64,000 bases of DNA from an uncultured Chloroflexia bacterium (GCA_963800795.1 CAWDCJ010000012.1:54642-118641); one strand, 5' to 3'; shown: positions 52,297 to 63,142, counted from the stretch's first letter. The notes: generated from the letters alone by a model not told the origin. Numbers and translations are program-made.

Positions 52297-52756
52297 ACCG
52301 CGCTTGTCCCGGCCGCCACGCGTAGCGAAGGTCCGGCTGGCCCTCCTCATTGTCCGACCCGTCGCCGCGCGCGACCTCCACGAAGCCGTGCCGCTCGTAG
52401 AAGCGGCGTGCTCCGGCGTTGACCTGGAACGTGTAGAGGTCGAGCCCGTCTGGTCGGCGCGACTTCGCCAGCTCGATGAGGCGGCTGCCGATCCCGCGGC
52501 CGGTCCACCCTGGCGCGACGTAGAGCTGGTCGAGCATCTCCGAGGAGAGCGCCATCATCGCCACGACAGCCTGGTCGGGGGCGGTCACGACCCAGACCTC
52601 CTCGGTGGGGAGGAGGACTTCCGCGATCCAGCGTCGCACCTGCTGGTCGCTGTGAGCCAGCGGGAACCGGTAGGTCGTCGTGAAGGACGCTAGATAGACG
52701 TCGGCTATCGCGTCCGCATGATCATGCCGGGCTCGCCGAACATCCACGTCATCCAT
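52259..52756 (-). CDS. GNAT N-acetyltransferase
   Basis: LDQLYVAPGWTGRGIGSRL, NAGARRFYERHGF, NEEGQPD. Confidence 0.88.
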   Translation of the reverse strand: MDDVDVRRARHDHADAIADVYLASFTTTYRFPLAHSDQQVRRWIAEVLLPTEEVWVVTAPDQAVVAMMALSSEMLDQLYVAPGWTGRGIGSRLIELAKSRRPDGLDLYTFQVNAGARRFYERHGFVEVARGDGSDNEEGQPDLRYAWRPGQARFSVRLRDPVPDT

Positions 52757-52865
52757 CCCGGCATCTTCGGGCGCGCCGTAGGCAGGGGCAAGCGCGGGTG
52801 TTTCCAACCCGGATTCGCTCACCAGCCCTCTGACTGGCGGGTTCTTCGGTGGCAATCCAATGTGT

Positions 52866-53531
52866 TCAGGTCGGCGGTTCCGCTTCCTCTGGTGACGGGG
52901 CCGCGCCGGACGCGAGCGCTCGCGCCATGATCGCCGTCACGACCCCCGTCTTCGCGTCTGCGTAGTGCTGGACGTACTTCCAGTCCCGCCGCGCCAAGTC
53001 GAGCTTCGCCAACTCGTACAGGTGACGGTCGGCCTCGTCGGTCCGCAGCCGATCACGGAACGCGAGCATCCGGTCGATCTCGGCAGCGCCGGGCGAGAAC
53101 ACGTGGAGGTTGACGCTCGTGTCGGGCCCCCGGAACATGCGGTGCTCGAACCAGTTCGGCTCGCGGATCCGAAGCACGTAGCCGGATGCCTCGAGGTCCG
53201 GGACGTAGGCCGGCTCATCACTCGAGTCGGGCACGACCAGCAAGATGTCGATGATCGGCTTGGCAGCGAGACCGGGCACGGAGGTCGAGCCGACGTGTTC
53301 GAGTCGTACGACGGTGCCGCCAAGCGCGGAGCGGATCCGCACCTCCTCGCGAGCGTACAGCGCGGGCCAATCAGGCTGGTACGGAAGCAGCTCGATCTGG
53401 CCGTTCAGCGGCCGCAGCTCGCCGATCGTGACCGCCCGGAGATCCTCCTCGGCCGTGAACACCTGCTCCGACCCATCCTCGGCTGCCGGTTGACTGCCGT
53501 ACGGAGTCTTCGGCACCGTCCGTTTGTTCAT
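52866..53531 (-). CDS. GrpB family (nucleotidyltransferase-like) protein
   Basis: EHVGSTSVPGLAAKPIIDI, NLHV, FRDRLR, YELAK, YADAK. Confidence 0.9.
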   Translation of the reverse strand: MNKRTVPKTPYGSQPAAEDGSEQVFTAEEDLRAVTIGELRPLNGQIELLPYQPDWPALYAREEVRIRSALGGTVVRLEHVGSTSVPGLAAKPIIDILLVVPDSSDEPAYVPDLEASGYVLRIREPNWFEHRMFRGPDTSVNLHVFSPGAAEIDRMLAFRDRLRTDEADRHLYELAKLDLARRDWKYVQHYADAKTGVVTAIMARALASGAAPSPEEAEPPT

Positions 53532-53712
53532 CGCACCATCGTCGCGGGCGGGGCGCCCGCATGCAACAACGAGGCTCGGAGATCGACATCGAACAGGATG
53601 GCGGCCGTTCGCCGGCTGCTCTGCCAGGGCCACGCGGAGCCGGCCGGGACGGCGCCCTGTCGAGCACCTGCCTTGGGCAGCAGGTGCGAAGGGGACTCCA
53701 TACACTTCGCGG

Positions 53713-54489
53713 ATGAGCGCGGAACGTGCCACACCTGTCGGACTGACTGCACACGCTTCCCGGAACCGGGCCGCGTGGAACGCGTGCAGCGACGAGTACC
53801 AGTCGCGGCACGGCGGCCAGCTCGCGGACAGCGGCGGGCTTGCGTGGGGGACCTCCCAGATCCCCGAGGCGGAGCTGCAGGTCCTCGGAGATGTTGCCGG
53901 CCGGGACATCCTGGAGCTCGGCTGCGGCGCGGCCCAGTGGTCGATCGCGCTGGCACGACTCGGCGCTCGCCCGGTTGGACTGGACATCTCCGAGCGCCAA
54001 CTGGAACACGCCCGGCGCACTGATGGCGGAAGCCGGCGTCGACGTCCCACTCATCCACGCGAGCGCGGAGGCGGTGCCGCTCCCCGACGCCTCGTTCGAC
54101 ATCGTGTTCTGCGACTTCGGGGCGATGACCTTTGCCGACCCCTACCGGACCGTCCCCGAGGCCGCCCGCCTGCTGCGACCGGGCGGGCTGTTCGCGTTCA
54201 GCCACGAGTCGCCGATCGCGACGATCTGCTGGCCGCTCGACGCCGACGAGGTCGGCGACCGCCTGGTCGTCGACTACTTCGGGCTGCACGCGATCGACGA
54301 TGGGGAGCACGTGTCCTTCCAGCTGCCGTACGGCGAGTGGATCCGGCTGTTCCGCGCCAACGGCTTCACGATCGAGGACTGCCTCGAGCCGCGCCCGGGC
54401 CGGACGCCACGAGCAGCTACCGCTCGGCCGCGTCGCTGGCGTGGGCCCGTCGCTGGCCGGCCGAGGCGATCTGGCGCCTCCGGCGTTGA
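53713..54489 (+). CDS. Class I SAM-dependent methyltransferase; frameshifts near 54018 and 54400
   Basis: ILELGCGAAQW, GLDIS, ASAEAVPLPDASFDIV, RLLRPGG. Confidence 0.85.
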   Translation: MSAERATPVGLTAHASRNRAAWNACSDEYQSRHGGQLADSGGLAWGTSQIPEAELQVLGDVAGRDILELGCGAAQWSIALARLGARPVGLDISERQLEHARRTDGGSRRRRPTHPRERGGGAAPRRLVRHRVLRLRGDDLCRPLPDRPRGRPPAATGRAVRVQPRVADRDDLLAARRRRGRRPPGRRLLRAARDRRWGARVLPAAVRRVDPAVPRQRLHDRGLPRAAPGPDATSSYRSAASLAWARRWPAEAIWRLRR

Positions 54490-55436
54490 CGGCACGCGGC
54501 CGCCGGCGCCTGGATCGCCGCGCAGTCTGGCGGCCGGCGCGCGGCCGCACCGGGCCGATCGAGGCGGTCCACGATCGGCCGTGGTCGACGGTCCTGCGGG
54601 TGCAGACGGACCGCGGCCCGGTGTTCTTCAAGGCCAGCTCGCCCGCGCTCGGCCGCGAGCCCGCGATCACCGCGTTCCTCGCACGCCGCCGGCCGGACGT
54701 CGTGCCGACACCGCTGGCCGTCGACGCCGAACGCGGCTGGATGCTCATGGCCGACGCCGGCGCTCGCCTGCGCGAGCTGGTCCGAACACGAGGGCGACGT
54801 CGACGCGCTGGCTCGACGTGCTGCCGCGATACGCCGGCATGCAGCTGGGCATGGCCGAGCGGCGTCGGAGTTGCTGGCGCTCGGCGTTCCCGACATGCGG
54901 CTCGCGGTCCTGCCGAAGCGGTACGAGGCCCTGCTGGATGAGCTTGCCGGGGAGGTGTGACGGTCGGCGACCGCGACGGCCCCGCGGCCGACGAGGAGAT
55001 GCGCCGTACTTCGCGACGCCGTCCCGCGGGTGGCGGCGAAATGCGCGCAGTTGGCCGGCTACGGGATCGCCGAGACGATCCAGCACGACGACCTCCACGA
55101 CGGCGCCGTGTACGTGCGCGACGGCCGCTACGCGATCCTCGACTGGGGCGACGCCTGCGTGTCGCACCCGTTCTTCTCGATGTCGGTCACCCTCGAGGGC
55201 GTCATCGCCTGGGGTCCCGAGGACGTCGAGAGCTCCGTGGACACCTACCCCGCTCAAGCGACGCGTACCTTGCACCGTTCGCCGCCGACCGCGACATGCC
55301 GGGCCATTGCGCGCCGCGTTCGGGCTCGCCATGCGGCTCGGCTGGGTGTGTCGCGCCGTCAACGGCCACATCCCGGGCGTCGATCGCCGGGCCCACCTGG
55401 ACGCGGCTCCGCATGTTCCTCGACGGGCACCCGTGA
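54486..55436 (+). CDS. APH/choline kinase-like phosphotransferase; several frameshifts
   Basis: RPWSTVLRV, VFFKA, Brenner motif QHDDLHDG, ILDWGD. Confidence 0.78.
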
Positions 55437-55462
55437 GCGGCACCTTCCGCCCCGACGCCGGG

Positions 55463-56054
55463 TCAGTCGCGAGGCGGGCGCCGGGTCATCGCGACGCGTC
55501 GCCGCGTCAGAGGGCGGTCCAGGTGGAACACGAGCTCCTCGCCGTCGATCTCGTCCATCTGGACGCCGACCTGGCGGAACCCGAAGGAGCGAATGATCGC
55601 CAGCGAGGCTACGTTGCCCGGGGCGACCGACGCGCGGAAGCGGTGGATGCCCTGCGTCTCGGCCCAGGCGAGCAGCGCGCGGACGCACTCGGTGGCGATC
55701 CCCCGGCGCCGGAACGCCGGCTCGATGCGGTAGCCGATCTCGACGCGGCCGGTCTCGTCCGGCGCGTTGTGGAACCCGATCGTCCCGATGAGCTCCGGCG
55801 CCCGTCCGGGTGGCTCCAGACGATGCCCCGACCGAGCCACGGCTGGATCGAGGGGTCCGCCTCGAGGTCGGGGATGCGGTAGTTCAGGAAGTTGCGGAGG
55901 TCCTCGGCAGGTCCGCCGGCAGGTCGGCGCCCATCTCGCGGGTGGCCGTGTCGAGGTCGCCCGCGACGAGGGCCTGCATGAAGGCGAGCGACATCGAAAC
56001 GAGCTCGACGCGCTCGGTGCGGATCGACGCGACGACGGGTTGGCGGTTCTCCAT
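55463..56054 (-). CDS. RimJ/RimL-type GNAT acetyltransferase; frameshifts near 55910 and 55800
   Basis: IRTERVEL, IGTIGFH, VEIGYRIEPAFRRRGIATE, NVAS...GF. Confidence 0.8.
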
Positions 56055-56057
56055 GGG

Positions 56058-56590
56058 GCGAGGGTACCGGCCGCGGCCTTGCGGTACCTGACCTCGGCGA
56101 GCGGTCGGCCGCCGATCTCGACGACCTTCCGCGCGCCGTCGGGCGCCCAGCCCGCCCGCTCGTAGAAGCGGCGTGCCCGGGTGTTGTCCTCGAGCACCCA
56201 GAGGTGCGCCTCGTTGAGCCCCGCGTCGGCGAGCAGTGACTCGGCCTTCGCGAGCAGCGCCGACCCGGCGCCCGATCGCCAGCGGTCCGGCGCGACATAG
56301 ACGGCGTGGACCTCGCCGAGTCCGGGGAGATCCTCGTCGCGGCCCGGGCCGACCGTCACGAAACCGACGACGTCGTCGCCGTCCACGGCGATCCACGTCT
56401 CGGGGGCGCCGGCTGGGGTGGCGTCGAAGTCGTAGCGGGCCGCCCGCGTCGCGACATCGAGGCCGTCGAGGTGAGCGTCCGGGACGATGCCCCGGTAGGC
56501 GACCCGCCAGGCGCGGATATGCACGGCGGCGACGGCAGGCGCGTCGGCGCCGGCGGCGCGGCGCAACAAGAAGGCTGTCGGCTTCGGCAT
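56058..56590 (-). CDS. GNAT N-acetyltransferase; 3' end uncertain
   Basis: AWRVAYRGIVP, YVAPDRWRSGAGSALL, NTRARRFYERAGW. Confidence 0.82.
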
Positions 56591-56627
56591 CGCCCGATTG
56601 TCGCCGACCGCGCCGTAGAGTGAAGCG

Positions 56628-57373
56628 ATGAACCCCGCCATGAATTCCCACCCCAGCCACCGGCAGCACGGCTACCGCACGCGCATGGACTGGGGGCGGG
56701 CAGGTGTCCAACTCCTGGCCCGTGACGTCGACCTGGTGATCGTCGTCGACGTCCTGTCGTACTCCACGGCCGTCTCGGTCGCGGTCGAGCGAGGCGCCGC
56801 CGTGATCCCGTACCGGGTCTCCGACGCCTCCGCGGCGGCCTACGCCCACGGGATCGGCGCAACGCTCGCCGGGCCGAGCGCAGCGGTCCCGGCCCGACGC
56901 TGTCGCCCGCCTCGCTGACCGCCCTGCGCGGGGGCGAGCGTCTGGTGCTGCCGTCGCCGAACGGGGCGAGTTGCGCCTTGCTGGCAGCAGAAGCCGGAGC
57001 ATCGGTCGTCGCCGGCTGTCTGCGGAACGCCAGCGCCATTGCGCGGTTCGCCGCATCGCGGGGCGGGACGACCGCGGTCATCGCGGCCGGGGAGCTCTGG
57101 CCGGACGGCGGACTCCGGCCAGCCGTCGAGGACCTGATCGGCGCAGGGGCGGTGCTGGCCGGAATGAACGCGGATGCCATGTCGCCCGAGGCGAGAGCCG
57201 CGGTCGGCGCCTTCCGCGCCGCTCGAGACGACTTGCTCGAGGCGCTGGCGGGCTCGGCGTCGGGCCGCGAGCTGGTCGACCGCGGCTTCAGCGACGATGT
57301 GGCGATCGCCGCCCGGCTCGACGTGACCGATCTCGTCCCCGTGCTGGTGGACGGGATGTTCCAAGGGCAGTAG
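56628..57373 (+). CDS. 2-phosphosulfolactate phosphatase (ComB-like); frameshift near 56890
   Basis: VVDVLSYST, LPSPNG, CLRNA, AAGE, EDLIGAG, SASGRELVDRGF. Confidence 0.85.
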
Positions 57374-57397
57374 CCGGCAGCGGTCAGCCCCGGCTGC

Positions 57398-58341
57398 CTA
57401 CCCCTTCAAACCCGCGCTCCGTAGGAAGGCCAGGACCTTCGGATCGATCCATCCCGCGGCAGCGGTGCGCTCCTCGAGATTCTCGACCGCCATCCACGCC
57501 AGGAGGCGCTCCTGCCAGGCCGGGTCCCAGCCGGCCGGAAGGGGCCGCGGATCGCCGACGCAGGGCCGCTCTTCCTCGGGCTCGGCCAGATCGGGCCACA
57601 TCGGGACGTAGAGCGAGCGTGCGGCAATCGCCGGGTCCCAGCCAAGGCGCCGCAGGTGCTCAGCGTAGCTCGGTGGCCAGCGGAATGTCCAGGGCGATGA
57701 GCTCGTCCTGCGTCGGCCGCTGCAAGTAGAGGTGAGTGAGGTCGAGCAGCCGGGCGAGCTCCGTGACCGGGTCGGGGTGGTCGTCCACACGGAGGTCGAT
57801 CCAGCGGTCGTTGCCGCCGCCGTACCCACCGCGCTCCCGGACGATCAGGAGCGCCGCCGACTGCCGTCCGCGGCGATCGCCACCCGCGGCATCGGCCGCG
57901 GCAAGACAGGCGACCAGCAGCTCCGGAAACAGGAGGCCTCCTGCCGCGAACGTGTCCGCCAGCGCGTCGACAACCGCCGCACCCGCCAGGATGTTGCCCT
58001 GGGCCGCGTAGCCGGGGCCTGTTCGCCCGCCGGCCCACGCAAAGCACGACCGTCCCGTGTAGCTGGCCGACCCACCGTGCGCGTCCACGACGCCCGCCTG
58101 GCGCTGCGACCGGAGCTGATCCGCCTCGACGAGCGCCGCGAGCGTGTCCTCGCGTTCGCCCCCCGGCCAGCAGCGCCAGGCCGTCGGGGCCGTAGCCCAC
58201 GTTGGCATACGACTGCGTGGCGATCGCCCCGATACCCGCGCGTGCCCAGGGGACTACCGAACCGACGGACAGGAACTTGGACTGGACCGCCACGCCCAGG
58301 TCACCGGTCGCGCTGTCCCGCGCGACGATGGAGTACGTCAC
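57398..58341 (-). CDS. DUF1028 (Ntn-hydrolase-like) protein; frameshifts
   Basis: TYSIVARD...[40 protein letters not shown]. Confidence 0.85.
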
Positions 58342-58363
58342 GCTCAGTGCCTCCTTCGTGGCG

Positions 58364-59032
58364 TCAGAGTGGTGACCACTCCGACCGCGCCAACTCACCG
58401 ACCCCGAAGAGTCCCAGGCAAGGTTCCAGGTTCTCGATCGTGACCGGAACAAGATCGCCATGCCACGTTGTCGGGGTCACTCGGAGCAGGCGTTCGGTAT
58501 GCGGTTCCCCGTGGGCCGCGACGATGGACTCGCCGTTCGGCACGTAGCCGAGCTTCTCCGAGACGCGCGCGGATGCAGAGTTGCCGACGATGTACCCCAA
58601 TTCTGCCTCGAGCGCCCCGAGGCCCTCGAATGCGAGCCATAACACGGCAGCGCGCATCTCGGTCCCGTAACCGTGCCCCTGGAACGCCTGGCCGAGCCAG
58701 CTTCCCGAAGCAACGGACCGACGGGTGGAGAAGTCCTTCGCCATCAGGTTCTGGATGCCGATCGCTTTCCCGCCTGCGATCGCGGCGAGCGTTAGGTTCC
58801 AGTTCTCGGGCTTCCAGCCTCCTCGCACGACCCACCAATGTGTCAGGAAGTTGCGCTCAAAGGCGGGCGAGGGAAGCTCATCCCAAGCGACCATGAACGG
58901 CGTCACCGTGGCGTCGTGAATGCCGCCTCGAGCCACGGTGGCCAGTGCGAGCAGATCGTCGTCCGTCGGAAGCCGAAGCTCAAGTCGCGGAGTGCGGATT
59001 CGCAGATCGAAAAGCGGCCAGGGGTGTGACAT
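58364..59032 (-). CDS. GNAT acyltransferase (Rv0802c-like)
   Basis: [48 protein letters not shown]. Confidence 0.88.
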   Translation of the reverse strand: MSHPWPLFDLRIRTPRLELRLPTDDDLLALATVARGGIHDATVTPFMVAWDELPSPAFERNFLTHWWVVRGGWKPENWNLTLAAIAGGKAIGIQNLMAKDFSTRRSVASGSWLGQAFQGHGYGTEMRAAVLWLAFEGLGALEAELGYIVGNSASARVSEKLGYVPNGESIVAAHGEPHTERLLRVTPTTWHGDLVPVTIENLEPCLGLFGVGELARSEWSPL

Positions 59033-59173
59033 TGCCTCTAGACGTGAACCTCGGAGCGATTGAGAGGACCACATCGTAGCCATGCGGCCGCTGCGGCATG
59101 GCCCGGATAGACACCCGCCCGCCCGAAGGTGCGAGCGGCATCGACGTTGCGTTGCTCCTCGGCTCGATCGTGT

Positions 59174-59243
59174 TGCGATCCCAAGCTGGACGCCCTTCAG
59201 GCGGCCGCAGCCCAGCAGCTACATGGACAGCTGGACCGTGAGG
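59174..59243 (+). repeat. Internally deleted copy of the 3' end of the SBP gene at 49322-51424
   Basis: 59174-59220 = 51179-51225 (46/47 nt); 59221-34 = 51396-51409; 59235-43 = 51418-26. Confidence 0.9.
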
Positions 59244-59366
59244 CGCTGACATGCCTCGGCTGGGAGCCCACGCTATCCAGGGAGCGTGCGTATCATGCTG
59301 AGATCGATGCACGACCAGCCGATGCCGGAGGGTGGCGCAATCGGGCATAGAGGAGGAGACCATTTC

Positions 59367-61118
59367 ATGATGCGTACCCGAATCGGGTCATTGATCGCGG
59401 TCGCCGCGATCGTCGTGGCCGCCTGCAGCGGCTCGGCGACACCAACACCCGCCGCACCGTCGACGGCCCCGTCGACGGCCCCGTCCGCGGCCGCCTCCGC
59501 GGCGCCATCCGCCGCTGCCGCAAGCCCGGCCTCCACCGCCACCGAAGGCGGCAGCATGGTCTACGCGCTCAACGGCGACATGGTCCTCGCCGATCCGGCG
59601 CTCGTCAGCGACGGCAACTCCCTGTTGGTCGATGAGCAGGTCGTCGAGAACCTGGTCGGACTGCAGCCTGGCACGATCAGCACGGTCATCCCGGTCCTGG
59701 CCGCAGCCCTGCCGACAGTCAGCGCGGACGGCCTGACCTACACGTTCACGCTTCGGACCGGCGTCAAGTTCCACGACGGCACGGACTTCAACGCGGACGC
59801 CGTCGTGTACAACTACAACCGCTGGCAGAACTTCCCGAAGGGCGACCTCCAGGACAACGCCTACTACTACGGCGCGGTCTTCGGCGGATTCGGGTCGGCC
59901 TCCAACGTCGCCTCCGTCACGGCACCGGACGAGCAGACCGTGGTCATCACCCTCAAGACCCCGCAGTCCAACTTCCTGCTCGCCTCGACCCTGGCCGTCT
60001 TCGGCATCGAGAGCCCGACCGCGCTCAAGGCCGGCAATGCGGACACGACGCCGATCTCGTCCAACAAGTACGCCCAGGGCCAGCTGCCCCAGGGCCAGGA
60101 CATGGTCGGCACCGGCCCGTTCATCTTCAAGGAATGGGTCCCCGGCGACCACGTGACCATCGTCAAGAACCCGAGCTACTGGGACACCCCCAACGCGGCG
60201 CACCTTGACCAGGTCACGTTCAAGCCGATCGGCGACTCCACGGCCACCCTGCAGGCCCTGCAGTCGGGCGGCGTCGACGCGGCCTTCTCGATCTCGCCGC
60301 TGGACGTCAAGACGGCCCAGAGCTCCGGGCTGTCGATCATCGACCGTGGTTCGTCGTGCAACCAGCTCAATCTCGACATGAACCAGAGCGTCGGTGGCAA
60401 GGCCACCATCTACGCCAACAAGGACGTCCGCCTGGCCATCTCCGAGGCGGTCAACAAGCAGAGCTACGCGGACGCGTTCTATGCGGGCCTCGGCACGGTG
60501 CCGACGGGATTCATGCCGCCCGCCACGCTCGGCTTCAAGGCCGAGACCCTGCCCGCCTTCGACACCACGAAGGCCAAGGCCGACCTGGCGGCGTCCGGCG
60601 TGACCGGCTCCGCCCTGGACATCGATCTCTACTACCCCTCCAACGTGGTCCGGCCGTACATGCCGGATCCCAAGGGCATCGCCCAGGCCATCGCCGGCGA
60701 CCTCCAGGCCGTGGGCTTCACCGTGACCCTCAAGACCGAGGACTGGCACGGCGGCTACGTCAGCGACGCCACGAACGGTAAGTTGGCTTTGTACCTCTTC
60801 GGCTGGACCTGCGACTGGGCCGGCGCCGACAACTTCCTCTACACCGCCTGGTTCGGCTACCAGGGTGGCAAGCCCAACCCGCAGTTCGGCTGGGCCAATG
60901 CCCAGGCGAACACGGACATGACCCAGGCGCTCCAGGCCGCCACGGCGGACGCCGCCAACACCCTCTGGGGCCAGGTCCAGGATCTGCTCGCCCAGGATCT
61001 CCCGGTGGTCCCGCTCGTCAATTCGCAGCCGCCGGGAGCCCTCACATCCAAGGTGCACGGGTACGTCGGTGCCAGCAACGGGACCGAGTACCTGAACTCC
61101 GTCTGGCTCTCGCAGTAG
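59367..61118 (+). CDS. dppA: Dipeptide ABC substrate-binding lipoprotein
   Basis: AGGAGG SD, lipobox VAAC, VKFHDGTDFNADAV, VGTGPF, DVRLAISEAVN, YMPDP. Confidence 0.9.
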   Translation: MMRTRIGSLIAVAAIVVAACSGSATPTPAAPSTAPSTAPSAAASAAPSAAAASPASTATEGGSMVYALNGDMVLADPALVSDGNSLLVDEQVVENLVGLQPGTISTVIPVLAAALPTVSADGLTYTFTLRTGVKFHDGTDFNADAVVYNYNRWQNFPKGDLQDNAYYYGAVFGGFGSASNVASVTAPDEQTVVITLKTPQSNFLLASTLAVFGIESPTALKAGNADTTPISSNKYAQGQLPQGQDMVGTGPFIFKEWVPGDHVTIVKNPSYWDTPNAAHLDQVTFKPIGDSTATLQALQSGGVDAAFSISPLDVKTAQSSGLSIIDRGSSCNQLNLDMNQSVGGKATIYANKDVRLAISEAVNKQSYADAFYAGLGTVPTGFMPPATLGFKAETLPAFDTTKAKADLAASGVTGSALDIDLYYPSNVVRPYMPDPKGIAQAIAGDLQAVGFTVTLKTEDWHGGYVSDATNGKLALYLFGWTCDWAGADNFLYTAWFGYQGGKPNPQFGWANAQANTDMTQALQAATADAANTLWGQVQDLLAQDLPVVPLVNSQPPGALTSKVHGYVGASNGTEYLNSVWLSQ

Positions 61119-61125
61119 CGCCGAT

Positions 61126-61210
61126 CCCCGCCGGGCGGCAAGGCCGCGCGGCGGGGCGGTACCATCCCGCGTAGCAGAGGCCCCCCGAGGTCGGGCAGAC
61201 CCCGGGGGGC
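61126..61210 (+). terminator. Two GC-rich hairpins after dppA (attenuator or mRNA stabiliser)
   Basis: CCCCGCCG...CGGCGGGG (61126-56) and GCCCCCCG...CGGGGGGC (61180-61210); no U-tract. Confidence 0.45.
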
Positions 61211-61239
61211 TCCTATCAGCGGAGGGATCGACTCACAGC

Positions 61240-62244
61240 GTGGCGAGGTTCATTGTCCGGCGCCTGCTCGTGGCCATCCCGGTTCTCTTCGGCCTGTCGG
61301 TGATCCTCTTCATGTTCCTGCGCCTCCTGCCCGGTGGCGGCCCGGCGGAGGCGATCCTCGGGCAGCATGCCACGCCCCAGCTCGTCGCCCAGATCACCGC
61401 GGCCCAGGGCCTCGACCGGCCCCTCTACGTGCAGTACTTCGAATACATCGGTCGCCTGCTCCACGGCGACTTCGGCGCAAGCTTCGTCGACGGCCGCCAG
61501 GTCGCAACCACGTTCCTGGTCCGGTTCCCGGGCACGGTGGAGCTGACGATCGGGGCGATGATCTTCGCCGTCGGCCTGGGCATCCCCCTGGGCAGGCTGG
61601 CCGCACGCCATCCCAACGGCTGGCTCGACGGCATCGTGACCGTGATCTCCCTTTTCGGCATCTCGATCCCGGTCTTCGTGCTGGGCTACGCGCTGGCCTT
61701 CGTCTTCGGCGTCGAGCTCCACTGGCTGCCGACCTTTGGTCAGCTCGACCCCCGCCTCAACGTGCCGCCGGTGACGCACCTCGCGATCATCGATGCGATC
61801 CTGGCCGGGCATTGGTACGTCATCGACGCCCTCGCCCATCTCATCCTGCCGTCGATCGCCCTGGGCACGATCCCCCTGGCGGTCTTCACCCGGATCACCC
61901 GGGCCTCGGTCATCGACGTCAGCAACGAGGACTACGTCCGGACCGCGCGTGCGAAGGGCCTGACCGAGGGCAGGGTCAACAACCGTCACATCATGCGCAA
62001 CGCCTGGCTGCCGGTGGCCACCGTCATCGGCCTGGAGACAGGGGCGCTGCTCGCCGGCGCTGTGCTGACGGAGACCGTCTTCTCCTGGAACGGGGTGGGC
62101 TCCTGGGTCGTCAGCTCGATCCAGAACCACGACTACATCGTCGTCCAGTCACTGATCCTGATCTTCGCCACGATCTTCCTCACGGTGAACCTGATCGTGG
62201 ACATCGGCTACGCGTTCCTCAACCCGCGGATCAGGTACTCCTGA
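61240..62244 (+). CDS. dppB: Dipeptide ABC permease
   Basis: FIVRRLL, GDFGAS, HLILPSIAL, EDYVRTARAKGL, LTETVFSW, NPRIR. Confidence 0.92.
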   Translation: MARFIVRRLLVAIPVLFGLSVILFMFLRLLPGGGPAEAILGQHATPQLVAQITAAQGLDRPLYVQYFEYIGRLLHGDFGASFVDGRQVATTFLVRFPGTVELTIGAMIFAVGLGIPLGRLAARHPNGWLDGIVTVISLFGISIPVFVLGYALAFVFGVELHWLPTFGQLDPRLNVPPVTHLAIIDAILAGHWYVIDALAHLILPSIALGTIPLAVFTRITRASVIDVSNEDYVRTARAKGLTEGRVNNRHIMRNAWLPVATVIGLETGALLAGAVLTETVFSWNGVGSWVVSSIQNHDYIVVQSLILIFATIFLTVNLIVDIGYAFLNPRIRYS

Positions 62245-62245
62245 G

Positions 62246-63136
62246 ATGGCCGCCGGGACCGGCGTCGTCGTCCGCGCGGCTCCGCGCGCCAGCCGTGGCC
62301 TGTGGGGAGACGCGCTCCAGCGCCTCTTCAGGAACGGGCCGGCGATCCTGGGCCTGATCTTCATCGCGATCTTCGTGATCGGCGCGATCCTGGCCCCCTA
62401 CATCTCGCCGTACGACCCCACCGTCGGCGTGCTGTCGAACAACCTGCAGGGCCCGAGCCTCGCCCATCTCATGGGGACCGATCTGCTCGGCCGCGACGAG
62501 TTCAGCCGTGTCCTCTACGGCGCCCGGATCAGCCTCACCGTGGGCGTCGTGGCCGTCATCTTCGGGCTGATCGGGGGGACGCTCATGGGCGCCATCGCCG
62601 GCGGAGCCGGCGGGCTCGTCGACGGCATCCTGATGCGGGTCGTGGACGTCCTGCTCGCGGTGCCGGGGATCCTGCTCGCGATCGGGATCATCGCCTGGCT
62701 GGGCCACGGCGAGATCCAGATCATGCTGGCAGTGGGCGTCTCCTACTCGCCGATCTTCGCCCGGCTGCTCCGGGGGAGCCTGCTGGCCCTGCGAGAGTCT
62801 GACTACGTCATCGCCGCGCGGTCGATGGGTGCCTCGCCGGCCCGCATCCTGCTGCGGCACATGCTGCCCAACGCGCTCACGCCGCTCATCGTGCAGGCGA
62901 CGCTGGCCGCGGCGACCGCCATCATCGACGTGGCCGGCCTGGGCTTCCTCGGGCTGGGCCCGGGCGACCCCCGCATCGCGGAGTGGGGCGAGATGCTGAC
63001 CGACTCGTCGCGCTTCCTGCAGTCCGCGCCGTACCTGATCCTGTTCCCCGGCGCCGCGATCGTGATCAGTGCCGTCGGCTTCAACCTCCTGGGCGATGGC
63101 CTGCGCGAGGCCATCGATCCGCGCCTGAAGCGCTAG
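62246..63136 (+). CDS. dppC: Dipeptide ABC permease
   Basis: HLMGTDLLGRD, DYVIAARSMGA, EWGEML, FNLLGDGLREAIDP. Confidence 0.92.
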   Translation: MAAGTGVVVRAAPRASRGLWGDALQRLFRNGPAILGLIFIAIFVIGAILAPYISPYDPTVGVLSNNLQGPSLAHLMGTDLLGRDEFSRVLYGARISLTVGVVAVIFGLIGGTLMGAIAGGAGGLVDGILMRVVDVLLAVPGILLAIGIIAWLGHGEIQIMLAVGVSYSPIFARLLRGSLLALRESDYVIAARSMGASPARILLRHMLPNALTPLIVQATLAAATAIIDVAGLGFLGLGPGDPRIAEWGEMLTDSSRFLQSAPYLILFPGAAIVISAVGFNLLGDGLREAIDPRLKR

Positions 63137-63142
63137 GAAGCC

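Noticed and set aside
55463-56641. Apparent double-GNAT fusion ORF of 392 aa
   Set aside because: The second GNAT has its own ATG (56054) and crosses three frames; the join is produced by two indels
51424-59130. Integron cassette array
   Set aside because: Mixed gene orientation, no repeated attC-like palindromes recognised, and no integrase
59455-59540. Short tandem repeats (CCGTCGACGGCC) as a CRISPR-like array
   Set aside because: They encode the Pro/Ser/Thr/Ala lipoprotein linker; no spacers and no cas genes
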